From the NCBI GenBank assembly GCA_022813965.1, contig JALDZS010000021.1:1-64000 (forward strand): a stretch of DNA of 64,000 bases, given 5' to 3'. A program made the position numbers and the translations under genes. Of the stretch, positions 22,077 to 36,657 are shown piece by piece. Under the pieces are notes generated by a model that had not been told where the DNA came from, did no database searches, and saw only the letters and a list, made by a program, of their open reading frames with translations. The stretch comes from Toensbergia leucococca. Taxonomy: Eukaryota. The stretch's first letter is position 1. Every line of letters starts with the position of its first letter.

Positions 22077-25000
22077 TTATTGCTTGTTCCAGAAGTCAAG
22101 ACTTGCAACGATGTCTTCGCCGCTTTCGTCTTCGTACGCGTACAAAATCTATTTGAGTGTCGTGAGCGAGAAACCCAGACCATAGATGTAATGACTCGAA
22201 GCTTACCTCTCTAGTAGAAGAATGCAACATGCGAATGTTCTTCCCCGTCATGATATGAACGCAAGCACTCGTCTCGATATGTCTGATTTCCACAAAACTC
22301 GGCTCAAACGCCAGGAGATAGGGGTAAGATAGCGCGAAAGACTGCGGTCGGCCTTCCCAAATGATTTTCCATTCTGGTCGAGCTCGCCAGCCGTTGCGGT
22401 TGACGAAGAAGGAGAATTCGCTGTAATTGAGTAAAAATTCGCCGTTGAGTCGCTCAAGATAGATCGGCTTGAGGTTCTCTTTCCGAGCAACAAAATCCAA
22501 CGAGGTGTCTGCTTGGTCAAGAAGAGGTTGTGTTTCCAGCGTTTCGAGGCTTACTACTTCGAAGCCGCGAGCACAGCCAACGCAGAGCTTTGATTTCAAG
22601 AAGTCTATGGATGATGACTCGGTGGGTACATAAAATTCCTGCACACAGATCAGTAATCTGTACTTAACGATAACCAACAACAAAAGAATCCTACCTTGAA
22701 AGGCTTGAGAGTATCTTGGCCGCTGGCAAAAACCCTACTTATAGCAGGTCTTTTCTTGCCCTTGGATAAGGTGTCTAAAGGCTCAAAGACTTTGATTGTA
22801 GTAGTAAGTGCCGAAGTTTTGGCCGAGCATACGAGATGTCTGCCCATACAAACACCGGCCTTGAAGAAATTGGCGTGGTTTTGAATCCTCTTAGGTCTCT
22901 TCAAGAGCGGCGATTGGTTGTCATTAGGATCAACAACCTCAAGTGGATACGATACCAAATTCTTAGCGGCAAGTACCAGGAGAAGTTGATACTCTTCTAG
23001 AACATCAATTTGAGTGACGTTGCTCACGTCGAGCACTCGCTTGGGCTTGGCATCGAGATTCTTTGGGCGACGATCTGAGATATAAATTCCGGTATCTGAT
23101 CCGTACACAAGCTTACGCCCACCGTCTATACATTGTCAGTATCGCAAACATGGCTCTGAGCATCAGTCTTACCAATTGGAACCAAGCAGTTAACCTTATG
23201 AAGATTTGTGAAGAAATTCTCGCAAAGGACTGTCTTGGTGAAAAACGAGCCCCTTTCCTGAAGCTTACTTTGCTGGCCTTCGATTTGCTCAATCCATTTA
23301 CGTCGTTGAATGGAAGAGCCTGCATAGAGAGTCAACTCATATCCACCTTTCCCTAAATGACGGAAAGTAATGGGAAAGCCGTCCTTGGCGCCTTGAGTAG
23401 TCTTGGGTGTATTGAAGCCTGCTTTGGCTCCAAGCGTGAGACTAGATGTGGGTCTTTTTGGTATACCTACTTTAGGCATTATCTCATCCATTTGCGTAAT
23501 AACCAATAATTCGAGAGGAATTGGTTTACGGTACACTTTGAGCTCATCATGCTTGTTAACAACCTTGTGCCTGACTAGTAGGACGGCATGGTCAAATAAG
23601 TAGACAGAGACTTCCGAGCTGTCTGTTGGTGATTTTTTCAAGGGACCTTTGTAGAGCAATTCCCGAGACTCTTCTAAAAGCTTGAGATCGACGTACTCTC
23701 CTGGGGGCCACCTTAGCTGGTGGTTGAGCTGCATTAAATTGAAATGGTTTTCTGCTTTGCCTGACTCCAAGTTCACTTTTCCTAAGATTTTCTTAATCAT
23801 CTCGATAGCCTCCTTGACATCCGCTTTATCAGGGTTTTCGTCGGCGGTGTATTTCCAGACGTTCTCGAGCAGCAAGGGATAGCGTGCAAGTCTCGTTGTG
23901 GGTTTCGTCAAATATCCATTCAATTCCAATTTTCGTGACTCTTTCAATCGCTCAGTCTCATCAATGAACGTCGCGAACTTGGCATTCGCATTTCGCTCTC
24001 TTTCGAATTCGTATTTTCCGTACAACTGGTTGGCACCGTATCTTATAAAAGGTGCGAAACGAGGCACATATGTCAAGAAGATATCCCCCACATTGTGGAC
24101 GACTGGATTTTCCTGTTGCCTCCTGGTCAATGCCTCAGCTAGTCTACAGTTGACAGCATGTACTTCCATGCAATTTGAGAAAACAGTGGCAACAACCTTC
24201 TCCCGTCGATGTTCCGGGATTGGAGATGGATTGCTCAAACTTGTTGAGCGTAGAGGCTTCATCCAAAAGTCTCGTAAGTACTCCAGATCTTTGACGAAGT
24301 CACGTTCCGTATACATAATTTCAGAGATGACTTCTTGTCGTTTCTTTTCTTTGTCATTGACGCTATCAGCAACCTCTTTGGAAACAGTGTTGATCCAAAG
24401 TTTCTGTTCATCATTGTCATCTGCATGTAGACTACTTTGCGACTGCTCTCGCCTTAGCCCAGGCTGAGGCTTGAGATTCAAGCGTGCTTGCTGTTCCAAT
24501 CGTCGAGGACATGCAATCGAATAGCAAAGGCGATCCTTGGTGCAAGTTGGGGAGTAGCACTCAGTAAGGAGTGTAAAAACACCGTTTACATTGTTGGAAG
24601 AATCTTCCATCAATTCCCCCCGGAATTGATATATCTCAGTTGATGAATGTCGAAGGCGGTGCTCATATGTAACGTCATGAAAAAACTTCTGAGCGTCTAA
24701 CGCACGCCCAAGAAGCAAAGCTAGGTTATGGTCGGTTGTTTTGATGATGTATGAGATGAGTTCCACGGCCTCGGTACCCGTAAATGCGTATTTGTACGAT
24801 AAAGCATCCTTACTACGATCTCCCGCCGCGATCCGCTCGCGGAAAACGTCTGCAACCCTGGACAACAAGGCCGGATATACCAGAGGGGTTCTGATCTGTG
24901 CAGAAGGGACAGACCTTGTAGATGACCCGTTTTGCTGTACTGAGGGTCGATGCTGTAGCGAATCGCTTTGTTCAGATGGAACTACTGTGGAAGCCATTGA

Positions 25001-25879
25001 CATTGTGCGAGACGACGAATCTCCTTGCAGGGTCATTGTCCTTGCCGACGCAGCTGGGCTTGTCGTCGATGAACCATTGGTCTCCTTTAAAGAGGTCTGA
25101 TGATCCAAAAGTGAATCCTGGCCAGAATCACGCCTTCGAGGCGGTATCACCCTCCCACTCATTGTTTGGTTTTGATCTCTGTCCATGGAGAAAGAGCTCA
25201 GCGACATTGCCCTTTCGTCATGCCGTGGTGGGACAACTCGTCCTTGGGCCGTTGTTCTAGAGGCCATGGAGTGATTTGGCTGTTGGCGGAAAGAGTTGGC
25301 GGAAGCCTGGTTATAATTACTTGGCACTGGAGGTTGGGAGGGAGCACCAGCCATGGATCGTGATCGAGAGGCGTCCGAGTTAAGCCCAGCATTGAGAGGG
25401 TTGGGAGGTGCAGGTGGGTAACCACGGCTGGATATTGACCTTCCATACTGTGGCGGGGCAGGTTGTCGGGGATCAATACGCTGTGGTTGAGGATAAGGGC
25501 GATGGTCCGGATTTAATGGCTGTGGAAGATACTGTGGTTGCGGCTGTGGTTGTACGAAACCATTGGTGGGCCGCTGACCTGTGTAGTATGCGTTCGGCGC
25601 AGGGTTCCCATAACCATTTTGCTGTTGCCGCATTGGCGGCGGTCTTTGCAACGCTGCGGCTGATGGCGTTGAATTTGGGGAAGGCATTACGTTCTGGGAG
25701 GCCATTGTCTGAGATCGTTCCGGAGGCGCAGGGCTAGACTGGGAGCCCATAGTTTGAGATCTCCCTGGAGGTGGAGCGCCGAAGATGCTCGAGAATGCAG
25801 CGTCTCGCTGATAATTTGAAGCATGTCCATAGTTGTTCGGTTGTGCCGTCCGACCCTGTTGAACGCTGTAGTCTGCCAT
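22077..25879 (-). CDS. ROM2: Rho1 guanine nucleotide exchange factor (DEP-DH-PH-CNH), 4 exons
   Basis: VYPALLSRVA, GRALDAQKFFHDVTY, LCYSIACPRR, KRQEVISEIMYTERDFVKDL, LTKPTTRLARYPLLL and PIPLELL. CNH-domain exons end in ...SLDFWNKQ*. Confidence 0.95.
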
Positions 25880-26522
25880 GATCTCTAAGACGGTGCCGTA
25901 CGGTACACGCAGATGTGACAGGAAGTCAATGGGCTATTGAAATGGATTGCTCTTTGGGATTTGGTGGCGCAGAACAGGTGGGGAGGACCTCTTCAGGGAC
26001 AAGAGCCAGAGCGCAGACATTCAGTGACTGTTATGGCTATGAGCCTTGGGAGAAGTAGAAGCTGGCCTTGACAGAGTGGGCTGTCTTTGGGTCTGTTGAT
26101 GCTTTCACGTGGTGGGAGGAGAGGGAAGGGTGGGACTGGGCCCAGCTAGAGAGTGGGGGTATGCTGGACTGGTCCGTGTTTGTTGCAGATATCGAATTTA
26201 TTATCCAGCCTCTAGAGGTGTCGTTGCAGAGTTCTTCCCATTGTCACGAAAATTCATCGTGGTGCTTCTCGAAACGGCGAAACGGCCAACCGAGATTCCT
26301 CGGTACAATATTCTTTTGATTGGCCAGCGAAACATCGGAAAGTCATCAGGAGTACGGATACCCATTGACAACTCTATCCATCATTTCTACTTCATAGTGT
26401 TGCCTCGAGCCTGCGAACCTATTTCCGAAGGCCATCATCCCTGAGCCCTCAGGTCTCGACCTTTTGACTCCACTCGATTTCTGGCCACATAAAAGCGCTA
26501 TCGTAAATTGACTGTTGCTAGG

Positions 26523-27410
26523 ATGGCAGACCCTGAGTACTCTCCCAGGTTTGCCCCGTTTTTGGGCATGGTATGATTAAAACTCTCCATCAAATACATC
26601 GACCAAGCGAGTACTAATGTCGAGGCCAGGCAGGTATTGCTTCAGCTGTAAGTATCCAAACCTTCCTTTGCCCATTAACACCATACTGACGTCTCGAAGA
26701 TGATCTTTGGATGTACGTTCGCACTATGCACAATACCAGAATAGGCCTTACTCACGCTCTGTCTTGCAGGTGCTGGAGCGGCATACGGCACCGCCAAATC
26801 GGGCATAGGAATCGCCGGTGTAGGGACTTTTAGACCAGACCTAATAATGAAGGTGCGGAACAAGAATCACAGGCTGAAGAAGGGGTGCGCTGATATATGA
26901 ACATTCTGGTAGTCCCTTATACCAGTAGTCATGGCTGGAATTATCGCTGTTTACTCCCTCGTCATCTCGGTTCTGATCTCTGGAGACATGAATCCACCAC
27001 CAGCTCAAAACTACAGTCTATTCAAGTTTGTTGCCCTACGCGAGTTACACACTTCAGCGCTCATCTTGCTGACAATCAAAAATTTAACAGTGGGTTCATG
27101 CATTTAGCTGCGGGTCTTTCAGTTGGTCTTTCAGGTCTCGCGGCTGGCTATGTCATTGGTATTGTTGGAGATATGGTATGAACGACAACAAAGTTGAATA
27201 GGATATCATGATACTGATTTACCTAGGGGGTACGATCATACATGCAACAATCACGGATATTCGTTGGTATGGTATTGATATTGATTTTTGGGGAAGTCCT
27301 GGGTTTATATGGGTACGTTAAAAAAACGTGGACCTGCTCCTTGATAGGTTTGCTGATGCGTTGCTGTCAGTCTTATTGTCGCTCTCATCCTCAATACAGC
27401 AACGGACTGA
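26523..27410 (+). CDS. VMA11: V-ATPase proteolipid subunit c', 8 exons
   Basis: Spliced product [68 protein letters not shown]...-GFMHLAAGL...[37 protein letters not shown]. Confidence 0.9.
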
Positions 27411-28035
27411 AAATCTCTCTAGAAGGAATTTTCTTGCATCAGGCGTTAGGAGTTACGGGTGCCTTCTCTTTAAATACGGTGTTTGTTAGTGTGTCTAACG
27501 GAGTGTGCTTCTAGAATATTTAAGTACAAGCAGGCCGACTCATGAGAGGAGCATATTGATCAATAAAGGTACAATCCACGAGAATGTTCTTTCTACAGCG
27601 GATGAAAATTTGGCCACATTACTTTCTTTGGCTTACAGCTCGGCCATACTCTGTACGACATACGCAACACATTTCATGCGAACAATAAAAGATCTTTGAG
27701 CAGCGACATAGCTAAAGTGTTCGTTCAAAGATATCTCTCTATCATGATATTCTCATGAATGAGGAGCGTCGCCGTCGCGAACGAGCCAACTCACCGTAAG
27801 GCCATGTGAATTTTATCATGGATACAGATAGTGCGATAACATACGTCATGCATCCCACCAATTCATCACACCCAGCCTCTAGCACGTGTGGTAACTGACT
27901 TTCACTGATTTGCAACCAGCTTCCCTCATACAACCGTCTTCGATGATGCTATTCGTTTCCCATGCACTAAGCACCTCTCCTGTTCTGGGCCTGCTGATGG
28001 CTTTGACTCAAAGGGTATGACCTTTCAAGAGCACG

Positions 28036-29592
28036 ATGGCTGGTACATCACTAAAGCATCTCGTGCCCTCTGCACATCACTTACTTGCCAAAATTGACCA
28101 CAAGCGGCCCGGATCGAATCATGAAGAACAGCAGCGAGAGAAGCAGTTCATACTAGACTATGAGGGTGACCCGAGGCCTCTATCCCCGGGGCAGATTGCA
28201 GAAGACCCTCGGAACAAACGGTTAGGCACATCGTCGCGGCAGCTGAGGCTGCAAGACTTTGAATTATTGAAGACTCTTGGGACAGGTATGAGTGTCTCAT
28301 AGCTGAGCCATGAGTGGCAGTGTTGCTGAGATTGCTTGTTCTTGTTCAAGGAACATTTGCTCGGGTGTGGCTGGCGCGCTTGTCAGATTCGGCGAAGGAG
28401 GATCAGGATAAAGTCTTTGCTCTGAAGATACTTCGAAAGGTCGATAGTGAGTCTACCAGTCGGATTGTCGATACCAAACATGTCTGACCATGTTACCACG
28501 CAGTCATTCGATTGAAACAGGTAGAACATGTCCGAAATGAAAGAAATACACTTGCCACAGTTGCTGGCCATCCATTCATTACAACCATGATTACAAGTTT
28601 CTCGGACCGGGACTGCCTATATATGCTAGTTGGTCTGCCTTCAATCAAGTATGCTCAATTTTGCTGACCCTTTGCAGCTAGATTATTGCCCAGGCGGAGA
28701 GCTTTTTACCTACCTCAGAAGGGCCCGTCGATTCAGCGAGGCCGTCTCACGCTTCTACGCCTCGGAGATAGTGCTCATACTCGAATTCTTACATGATCGT
28801 GAGGGAATTGCATATCGAGATTTGAAACCAGAGAACATACTTGTGGACGCTGAAGGACACTTGAAGCTTGTTGACTTTGGCTTTGCCAAGGTAATTGGGG
28901 ATCGTGGGCATTTTGATACAATTCTGTCAGATTAGGCTTAGCTGACGAATGAGCTCAGGGGAAACTTATACGTTATGCGGAACCCCTGAATATCTCGCCC
29001 CGGAAGTGATTAGAAACTCAGGTAAGAATCCCAGGGCATTATCGAAACAAAGATGGGGCATATTTCAAACAAAGAGGGGGGCTTATCTCCTAAAATCAGG
29101 GCACGGTATCGCCGTGGACTGGTGGGCATTTGGAATTCTAGTATACGAATTCCTCGTTGGCCAACCCCCATTCTGGAACCAAAACCCCATGAAAATATAC
29201 GAAATGTAAGCCACCATGAAACCCACCACCCCAACCATAGTAAAGGACTAACCCTCGACCCCCAACAAAGGATCGTTGAAGGCAACGTCCGCTACCCGCA
29301 TAGCATGAGTCCAGACGCCCGCGACCTCATCAGCGGTCTCTGCACCGTGAACCCCTCTCAACGCCTTGGCAACATCGCCGGCGGCACTGAACGCGTCAAA
29401 GCCCACCCTTTCTTCGCCAACCTCGACTGGGAAGCACTGTATTACCGCAAGATGAAAGGTCCCATCATCCCCGAACTGCGGCACGCGGCCGATACGAGCT
29501 GTTTCGACGAGTATGACCCGCCGCCCGAACGGCATAGTGTTTATGGGCATGATATGGCGCACAAGTGGGATGACTCATTTAAGGACTTTTAA
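28036..29592 (+). CDS. cAMP-dependent protein kinase catalytic subunit (secondary PkaB/PRKX-like type), multi-exon
   Basis: [62 protein letters not shown], and C-terminal FKDF. Confidence 0.92.
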
Positions 29593-30056
29593 AGGGCAGA
29601 CGGGCTGTTTGGGAGGGGTGGGGGGAGCGAGCATATACTAGGCTTGGGGGCCGGGGCGGGGGGGCGATGGGGCATCATAGCGGTGTTGTTTTCATTTTGG
29701 CGTGCATTGGGCAATACCTCGGTGGGTTTGATTACGAGTCAAGGTTTTTTGTGAGGGCAAATAAGTGGTGGAAGAGCACATAGCAGTGAAAGTATGGATA
29801 AAATTGCTTTTTTGGTTCACCCGAAGAGGGAGATGACCATTCCTTCATGGTTGCTGGTTCGATCATGACAGTGTTCAGGTGGTTGATTTTCCTGCCCCCA
29901 GGGTTCTAGCCAAAGCCAAGACCCAACAAAGGTCCATTCCATTCGCTCCAAACACGAGAAAAAATCGGAGTACGAACCATCTCCCATTTTTATCAATAAA
30001 GCTACACACGTACATCAAACAGCCTACCTTTGCCCCCTGATACACAGATCTCAACA

Positions 30057-31998
30057 TCAAAACGTACTCGCCGCCAACCGACTAGCCGCATTCTTCGCAT
30101 CCAAACGATCCTCATCATCATCCTCCTTGACGCTCTTCAAGCTCGCCGCCCCACTGACCGCCCTTGCCCTTCCTCCCTCATCCCCGCCATCCATGCCCCC
30201 GTCCTCGACGGCAGACGGCGTAGGAAAATTGCCGCTGACGCCACGATTCAAGCCATCTGGTCGTCTGGGTACACCGCTCCAGGCGTCGCCCTTGGGGCCT
30301 TGGCTAGCAGTCATGGCGGTCCTACGAATCGTCGGGTGGGCTTCTCGGCCGAGTCGCGAGAGGCCGCCGGAGGCGTCGATGGCACGGACGTCGGGCCGTA
30401 CGCTCTCGAGGGTGGCGAGTGTCCGTCGCTCGGCTTCAATTTCGCGGAGGACGTATTCTCGAATGCTGGCGCGGAGGTCCGCCGCTGTGTGGGTGAACCA
30501 TTGGCGTTTTTCGTGGAGCAGGTTGGCCGTAACTCGTTGGGTTTTCTGGGTTAGGTAAAGTTCGTGGCTTCTAGCTTCGTCGAGGGCACCGATTGCTTCG
30601 TCGACTTTTTCTCGTCGCACTGAGCTACTAGCTTTAAGTCTATCGGCGGCGGAGAGCTTGCTACGAGTGGCTTGCTGCGCCTGCACTAATTCGCGCAGGA
30701 GAATGTGGCGATTTGTAAGGGTCTCTTTGACGATGAAAGCGTCTGACGAGTGGTAATTCAATGGGTCTCCCAGTGTGGTGGCCTCAGCAGTGCCTTGGGC
30801 GGCGTGGTAATCCCCCGCCGTCTGGATGATTTTTCCAAGCTTGCGGTATGCGTGGGCAAGTCCGGGATGAGTCTCTTGTATGCTCATTGAACCGAGCTTG
30901 ACACCGAGGTCAGATTCTGCAAGACCAAGTCCTGTACGGGGTAAGTCACCGCTGAGTCTAAGTGATTTATGTAGGCAACCTTACCTCGCCGCGCTCGAAC
31001 GACTCGATCTACTTTTTGTCCGGTTTCCATAGTCCCTAAATAGAACAGCTTGACGATTGGTCTTGCCTCATGAAGCTCCGGCGTGTCGTCGGGTGGAGGC
31101 GCAAATTGCTTGAGAACTCGTCTTCGTACACCAGTAGCTGGCTGCTTCATCCTGACTACTGGACTATAGCCAAAATCGCTTTCAACAAAGAAAATCATTT
31201 CATCATCTCGCATGAGCACACCGTTGCCACAAACGTAATTCAGCCATCTTTGCATGGAACTCTTGACTCGTGCCTCATCTTCATCAGTCCCCACACCAGC
31301 GGCAGTCAGAGGGGGAGGTACAGCAGGAACAAAAGCCTCGGGATTTGAGGATATTAGATGTTCAGCTAGTTTATTGAACTCGGAATGCGTGCGTCGAACA
31401 TCTCGGAACTGGGTTGTGCGAAATTTGGGAAGATTTGTCTTCAAGGGCCATTAATTAATACATCAAAGGAGTACAGCCAACAAGTATAAATACTCACATG
31501 AACATCGAATCTGAGAATGGGGTCTTTTCTTCCAGTACGCTCGAGAGCTGTAATTTTTGCCTGCAGTTTGTATTGAGGTGGATTTTGTCTTTGAGAAGGG
31601 CGAGCACCAGAATGGTAGCGATGGGCAGGCATATGCCGCTGCTGTTGCGGAGATGATTGACTTTGGTGGCCACGATAGATTTGCTCGTTCATTGGTGGAC
31701 TCTGCAGTCTTTCTGAGAGATCGGGTGAACTACTCTCTTCCGTGGAAGCCGACACACCACCGGTGCTGGACTGACGGTATTCTCTTGTATTGCCGGCCAG
31801 CGTCTCTTGATCACTGTCATCAGGCTCCCCTTGGGCCTGGCCTTCAGAAGCATATGGTGATTGCCTGGCAAGAGGGGACGAAGGCGCACTGCGGCCTTCT
31901 GAGGGGACGAAGCTCGGTCTGGTGGTAGGCTGGGGCGATTGCCATGGTGAAGAGCCTGCTGGATGATCGGCATCAGTTGTTAATGAGGAGTAATCCAT
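30057..31998 (-). CDS. VPS17: retromer sorting nexin Vps17 (PX-BAR), 3 exons
   Basis: KITALERTGRKDPILRFDVH-TNLPKFRTTQFRDVRRTHSEF, LKQFAPPPDDTPEL, KETLTNRH, IDASGGLSRLGRE, SQGPKGDAWSG, LDAKNAASRL. Confidence 0.93.
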
Positions 31999-32365
31999 GC
32001 CGAGTCTGGCGAGCTCTCCTAGATCTGCTCAAGACTAGAGGCTCATTCTGGAACTGAGACGATTGTGATGAGCACGAGTTTGTGTAACGTTGTTGACGAA
32101 ATATGGCGTCAGCTTGCAGCTTTTGCGCTGAGGGAGGTGGAAGAGGACTCTTGGTATTGTCAAATCGAAAATGATAGCACGAAATGTCTATTCAACCTTT
32201 TGTGTGAATATGTTGCAATTTCCGAGTGACTTTCGAGGTAGGAACTGGGGACTATCTACCTCAAAGACCGACGAGCCAATTAGTTCTAGCGGCAAGATTT
32301 TTAATGTCATTTACAATTCAATCCTGACGCCGAACACCACCTTTTTCATTCACATCAACTTGTAG

Positions 32366-35292
32366 ATGCAGTTTGGGGCAGGCCCCAGTCGGAGATGTGC
32401 CAAAGAAATATGGAAGCCTTCGCTCTATTTAAGAAGAAGAGGAAGGGGCTTCTCCTCGACAGCCATCAAACGAAAAGAAAAAGATATCCAAGCTGCCATC
32501 CCAATAAATAGGACGAGAAATATTGGCATCATCGCCCATATCGATGCCGTAATTTCCGCCTTCAATTCATTCTTCAATTTAGGTGCTAAGATGGGATAGG
32601 GCAAAACCACTACCACTGAGCGAATGCTCTTCTATAGTGGCCATACCCGAAGGATAGGAGGTAAATACTTTTCTATTCTTTTCAATCGCTCTAGCAGGCT
32701 TCGAACCATACATCATGTTTTCTACGCTCTCATGCTGTGGCTCAATTTCTTGTTTTGTCTTCAACATAATGTCAAATCTGGAAGAAGTTCTTATTCTCTA
32801 CGACAGATGTGGATGATGGCTCTACTGTAACCGACTTCCTTCCTGCCGAGCGAGCCCGAGGTATCACTATTCAATCTGCAGCTATCAGCTTTCATTGGCC
32901 TCTGTTACCCAAAGAAAATGGTCTGGACGCGAGAACAGAGCGGACAGAGACCAACGCTCCGACATCAAGCTCTCAGGTTTCCCACAATATTAATCTCATC
33001 GACACGCCCGGACACGCCGATTTTACCTTTGAGGTTCTTCGCTCATTGCGTATTTTGGACGGAGCCATTTGCATACTTGATGGTGTCGCAGGTGTTGAGG
33101 CCCAGACTGAGAAAGTCTGGCATCAGGCCGCCAATTACAACATTCCCAAGATCATCTATGTCAACAAACTTGATCGAGAGGGAGCTGCATTTGGAAACAC
33201 TGTCAAGGATATCGCCTCCCGGCTTCATGCTTGGCCTGCGGTATGTCAAATACCATGGTGGGACGGTGGCAAGGGTCGCTTTACCGGTATCGGCGATGCT
33301 GTGAGACTTCGAGCGCTTCGATGGCCTGAACATGGCGACGGCAAAGCCGTCAAAGTAATTGATCTTGATGAACTTTCGAACATTGAGCCAGGCCTTGCTC
33401 AAGAGATCAAGAAAGCTAGAACGGCACTTATTGAGCAATTAAGCGAGCACGATGAGCAGATGGTAGAAAAATTTCTTGAATATGATGCGGATCACCTAGC
33501 AATATCACCTGCGGATGTGATAGCAAGTCTGCGAAGGTGTGTGCTCAGTGGCTCTTCCAACATTGTTCCTGTTTTTGCAGGCGCAAGTTTCAGAAACATT
33601 GGTATTCAACCCCTTCTCGATGCTGTGGTCGATTTGTTACCAAGCCCAGACGAAATACCAGACCCTGCCATCCGAATCGGCTCTACCAGCAGTAAACTGG
33701 GAGACCTACTCAGCGGACGGCTCGTTTTGGACCACCCCGAATCTCAGGGAAAGTCAAAGAGAGCTACGAAATTACCACAGGGATTAAACAACGGTGTAGT
33801 GGCAAACTTAGAGGCCTGCGCCCTGGCTTTTAAAGTGGTCAATGACCCTCGCCGAGGTGTCCTTGTCTACGTCCGTGTGTACTCCGGTAGTATCAACAGC
33901 AACGCCACTCTGTTCAATACCAATCTTCAAGTTTCCGAACGCGCACCTCGTTTGCTCAAAATGTATGCCTCGGATGCAGTCGATGTCCCCACCATTGCAC
34001 AAGGCCAAATTGGTGTCATCCTCGGCCTGAAGCATGCCAGAACCGGAGATACTCTGATCTCGTACACTGGTGCCAACCCAAAAAAGGCACCCCCCTCGCC
34101 ATTGAACACCCTCCAACTGCGGCCTATCGAAGTCCCTCCACCAGTCTTTTTCGCAAGCATTGAGCCCCATAGTCTGGGCGAAGAAAAAGCAGTAGCCACT
34201 GCACTAGCCTTCCTCCTGCGGGAAGATCCGAGCCTGCAACTTTCCGTAGACGAAGATTCTGGCCAGACCCTTCTGAGTGGCATGGGCGAGCTTCATCTCG
34301 AGATTGCAAAGGACAGACTGCTTGTCGATCTGAAGTGTAAAGCAACCATGGGAGAAATAGAGATAGGCTATCGCGAATGCATTTTGCAACCTTCTCCATC
34401 CGAGGAAGTTATATCCGATCGGGAAATAGCAGGGAGAAGGAGCAAGGCAGGCTGCATCGCCTCAGTGAAACCCTTCCATCCCGATCAAGTCTTTGACACG
34501 CCATCTAACAAAGACGAATACCTAATTCACCAAGACGGAAACCTAATATCGATCTCCATCATGGAACCTCCTGATCCATCCGACTCTTCGAAATCAATCT
34601 CCGATACAGATCTATCCGGCACTCCCGTCTCCCACCTAAATACCCAAATCCTCCAAACCGCTCTCAAAAACGGCGCCCTCGCCGCTCTCGCACGCGGAAT
34701 AAACCACCCCTACGCCCTGCATGGCACCCACGTCTCCTTAACGCTCCACCCCACCACCCACCTCTTCGACACCGACTCTCCTCCCTCAGCGCTATCCTCC
34801 GCAGCGCGCCTCGCAACCCGCGCCGCCCTCCAATCCAGTGCCCGCCTCGCCGGCACCTCCCTCATGGAACCAGTCATGAACGTCATCATCAGCGTCGACG
34901 AAGCGAGCCTCGGCGCCGTCGTCCACGACCTCTCCGCCTCCCGCGACGGGCAAATCATCTCCCTCGACGACGCGGACGTCATTTCTGCAGTCTCTCCTAA
35001 CCAAACCCGGGAAGACTTGCCCTTGATTGATCTCCGCAAAGTGTACGCCCCTCCAGACCCGTTTGGTGTGTCATCTCCTTCCGGTGAGGCTGGGGGGCAA
35101 CAAGTAGCAGGTGATAGGACAAGGCAGCGGAGTATTACCGCTCGGGTACCATTGAAGGAGATGGTGGGGTATTTGAAGTATTTGCGGAGCTTGACTGCTG
35201 GAAGGGGGACGTTTGTCATGGGATTTGAGCGATTCGAGAGGGTGATGGGATTGAGGGAAAAGGCTTTGCTGAAGGATTTGAGTGGGTATTGA
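32366..35292 (+). CDS. MEF2: mitochondrial ribosome-releasing factor 2 (EF-G2mt), 3 exons
   Basis: [77 protein letters not shown]. Mitochondrial presequence. Confidence 0.93.
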
Positions 35293-35649
35293 GCTAGATT
35301 TATTAGGTTGGTGCACAGAGCTGCGCTTTTCGGCTCATCTTAATTCCTCGATTTCTCAGAAGGGTGGGCTCCTATCTTGAGAAAAGCTGCTGAGTTGTTG
35401 TAACTTATGCATAAGAGCGTTGATGGTTTTGGCTTTCGGTATATCTCTAATTCAACGCAGCTCTTGGTTTTGGGCCTGTGGGAAATAAGGGCATTAGATA
35501 TGGACTCGTGGGGTGTCAACAGGGAAATTCTTACACGTGCGCAACAGAAGCTCAATGTATTTCTATCGAGCGGCCAGCTCCCTGCCTCTGGCTTCTATCC
35601 ACTTTTTCTAGTAGCATGGAGATCCGATCATGGTCCCCATGCAACATCT

Positions 35650-36360
35650 TCATCCACCCCTGCCCCTCGACAAAAGACTCCCTGCACGTCTTCCCTCTTC
35701 CTCCTTGCCCAACTCCTCAATCCGCACTTGCAGCACCTTTCTCATAGCCTCCTGATACGCGCTTCCGGGACGATTGCTCCCAACCTCCTCCTTCACGACC
35801 TCCCAATTCACCTGCCGCAACATTGCTTCCGCCGCCCGCTTTAATTCCATGGAGGAGAGTTCAGGGCATGGAATCGGGGGCGTGGGAGGATCATAGACAG
35901 CCGGCTCTTCCAAGGAGAAGCTATCTCGTCCCGAGGTGGCAGGTTGGGAAGGGCATCTCACAGCCGCCTTCTCCAACGCCGCCTCCTCCAAAGCCCGATC
36001 AATCGCCTCCCTCCACCCATTCGGCCTCTTCCGCGCAAGCCCCATCTTCTTCCGCATCCGCGCCACGTTCAGCCGACTGATATGAAAGCCCTCTTCCGTC
36101 AACGCCGCGTGGATTTCCTCGTCGGGCTTGGACTGCAGGTACAGTGTCATCAGGCGCTGTTGCAGGGCGGGGCTGTCTTGGGTGCGGGTGCGCTTTTTGC
36201 AGTTCCAGGCTTTGAGGTGGCGCTCGATGGTGCGGGAGGTGACGGCGAGGTTGGATTCGGCTTTTAGGAGCTGGGATATTTGGCGCGAGGTGTGGTTTTG
36301 GGTGTAGGCTTCTAGGATTCGGGGTTTGTGGGGGAGGAGGTCGATGGCTGGCGGGGCCAT
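35650..36360 (-). CDS. Clr5-domain / tandem HTH protein with a small C-terminal helical domain
   Basis: MAPPAIDLLPHKPRILEAY...ISQLL...VTSRTIERHLKAWNCKKR (Clr5-like), then a second HTH-like unit DEEIHAALTEEGFHIS...RMRKKMGL. Likely ATG at 36360; the ORF is open to 36516. Confidence 0.7.
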   Translation of the reverse strand: MAPPAIDLLPHKPRILEAYTQNHTSRQISQLLKAESNLAVTSRTIERHLKAWNCKKRTRTQDSPALQQRLMTLYLQSKPDEEIHAALTEEGFHISRLNVARMRKKMGLARKRPNGWREAIDRALEEAALEKAAVRCPSQPATSGRDSFSLEEPAVYDPPTPPIPCPELSSMELKRAAEAMLRQVNWEVVKEEVGSNRPGSAYQEAMRKVLQVRIEELGKEEEGRRAGSLLSRGRGG

Positions 36361-36657
36361 GGTGATTGATATCAATTGTGGAGGAGTGGGGTTGGGAGCA
36401 GTGACCTTGGGTGTAAAGATGTTTCTGGGTTCACGATCATGTCTCGCGATGCTGCAGTAGGTCGGGGAATTGAATGCACTAGTCCGTGATGGTGGTGAGG
36501 CGTTGATGGTTGTCACGTGGCGGTCACCTCATTCCTCAATCTTGCTTTCGACGATACGCTACTATCTACAACAGATGGCCACTTGCAAAGGTCTCTTTGA
36601 AGAATACCAGAATTGAATTCCCCTCAAATCTCCTAGTCTTCATCCTCTCCAAACTCC

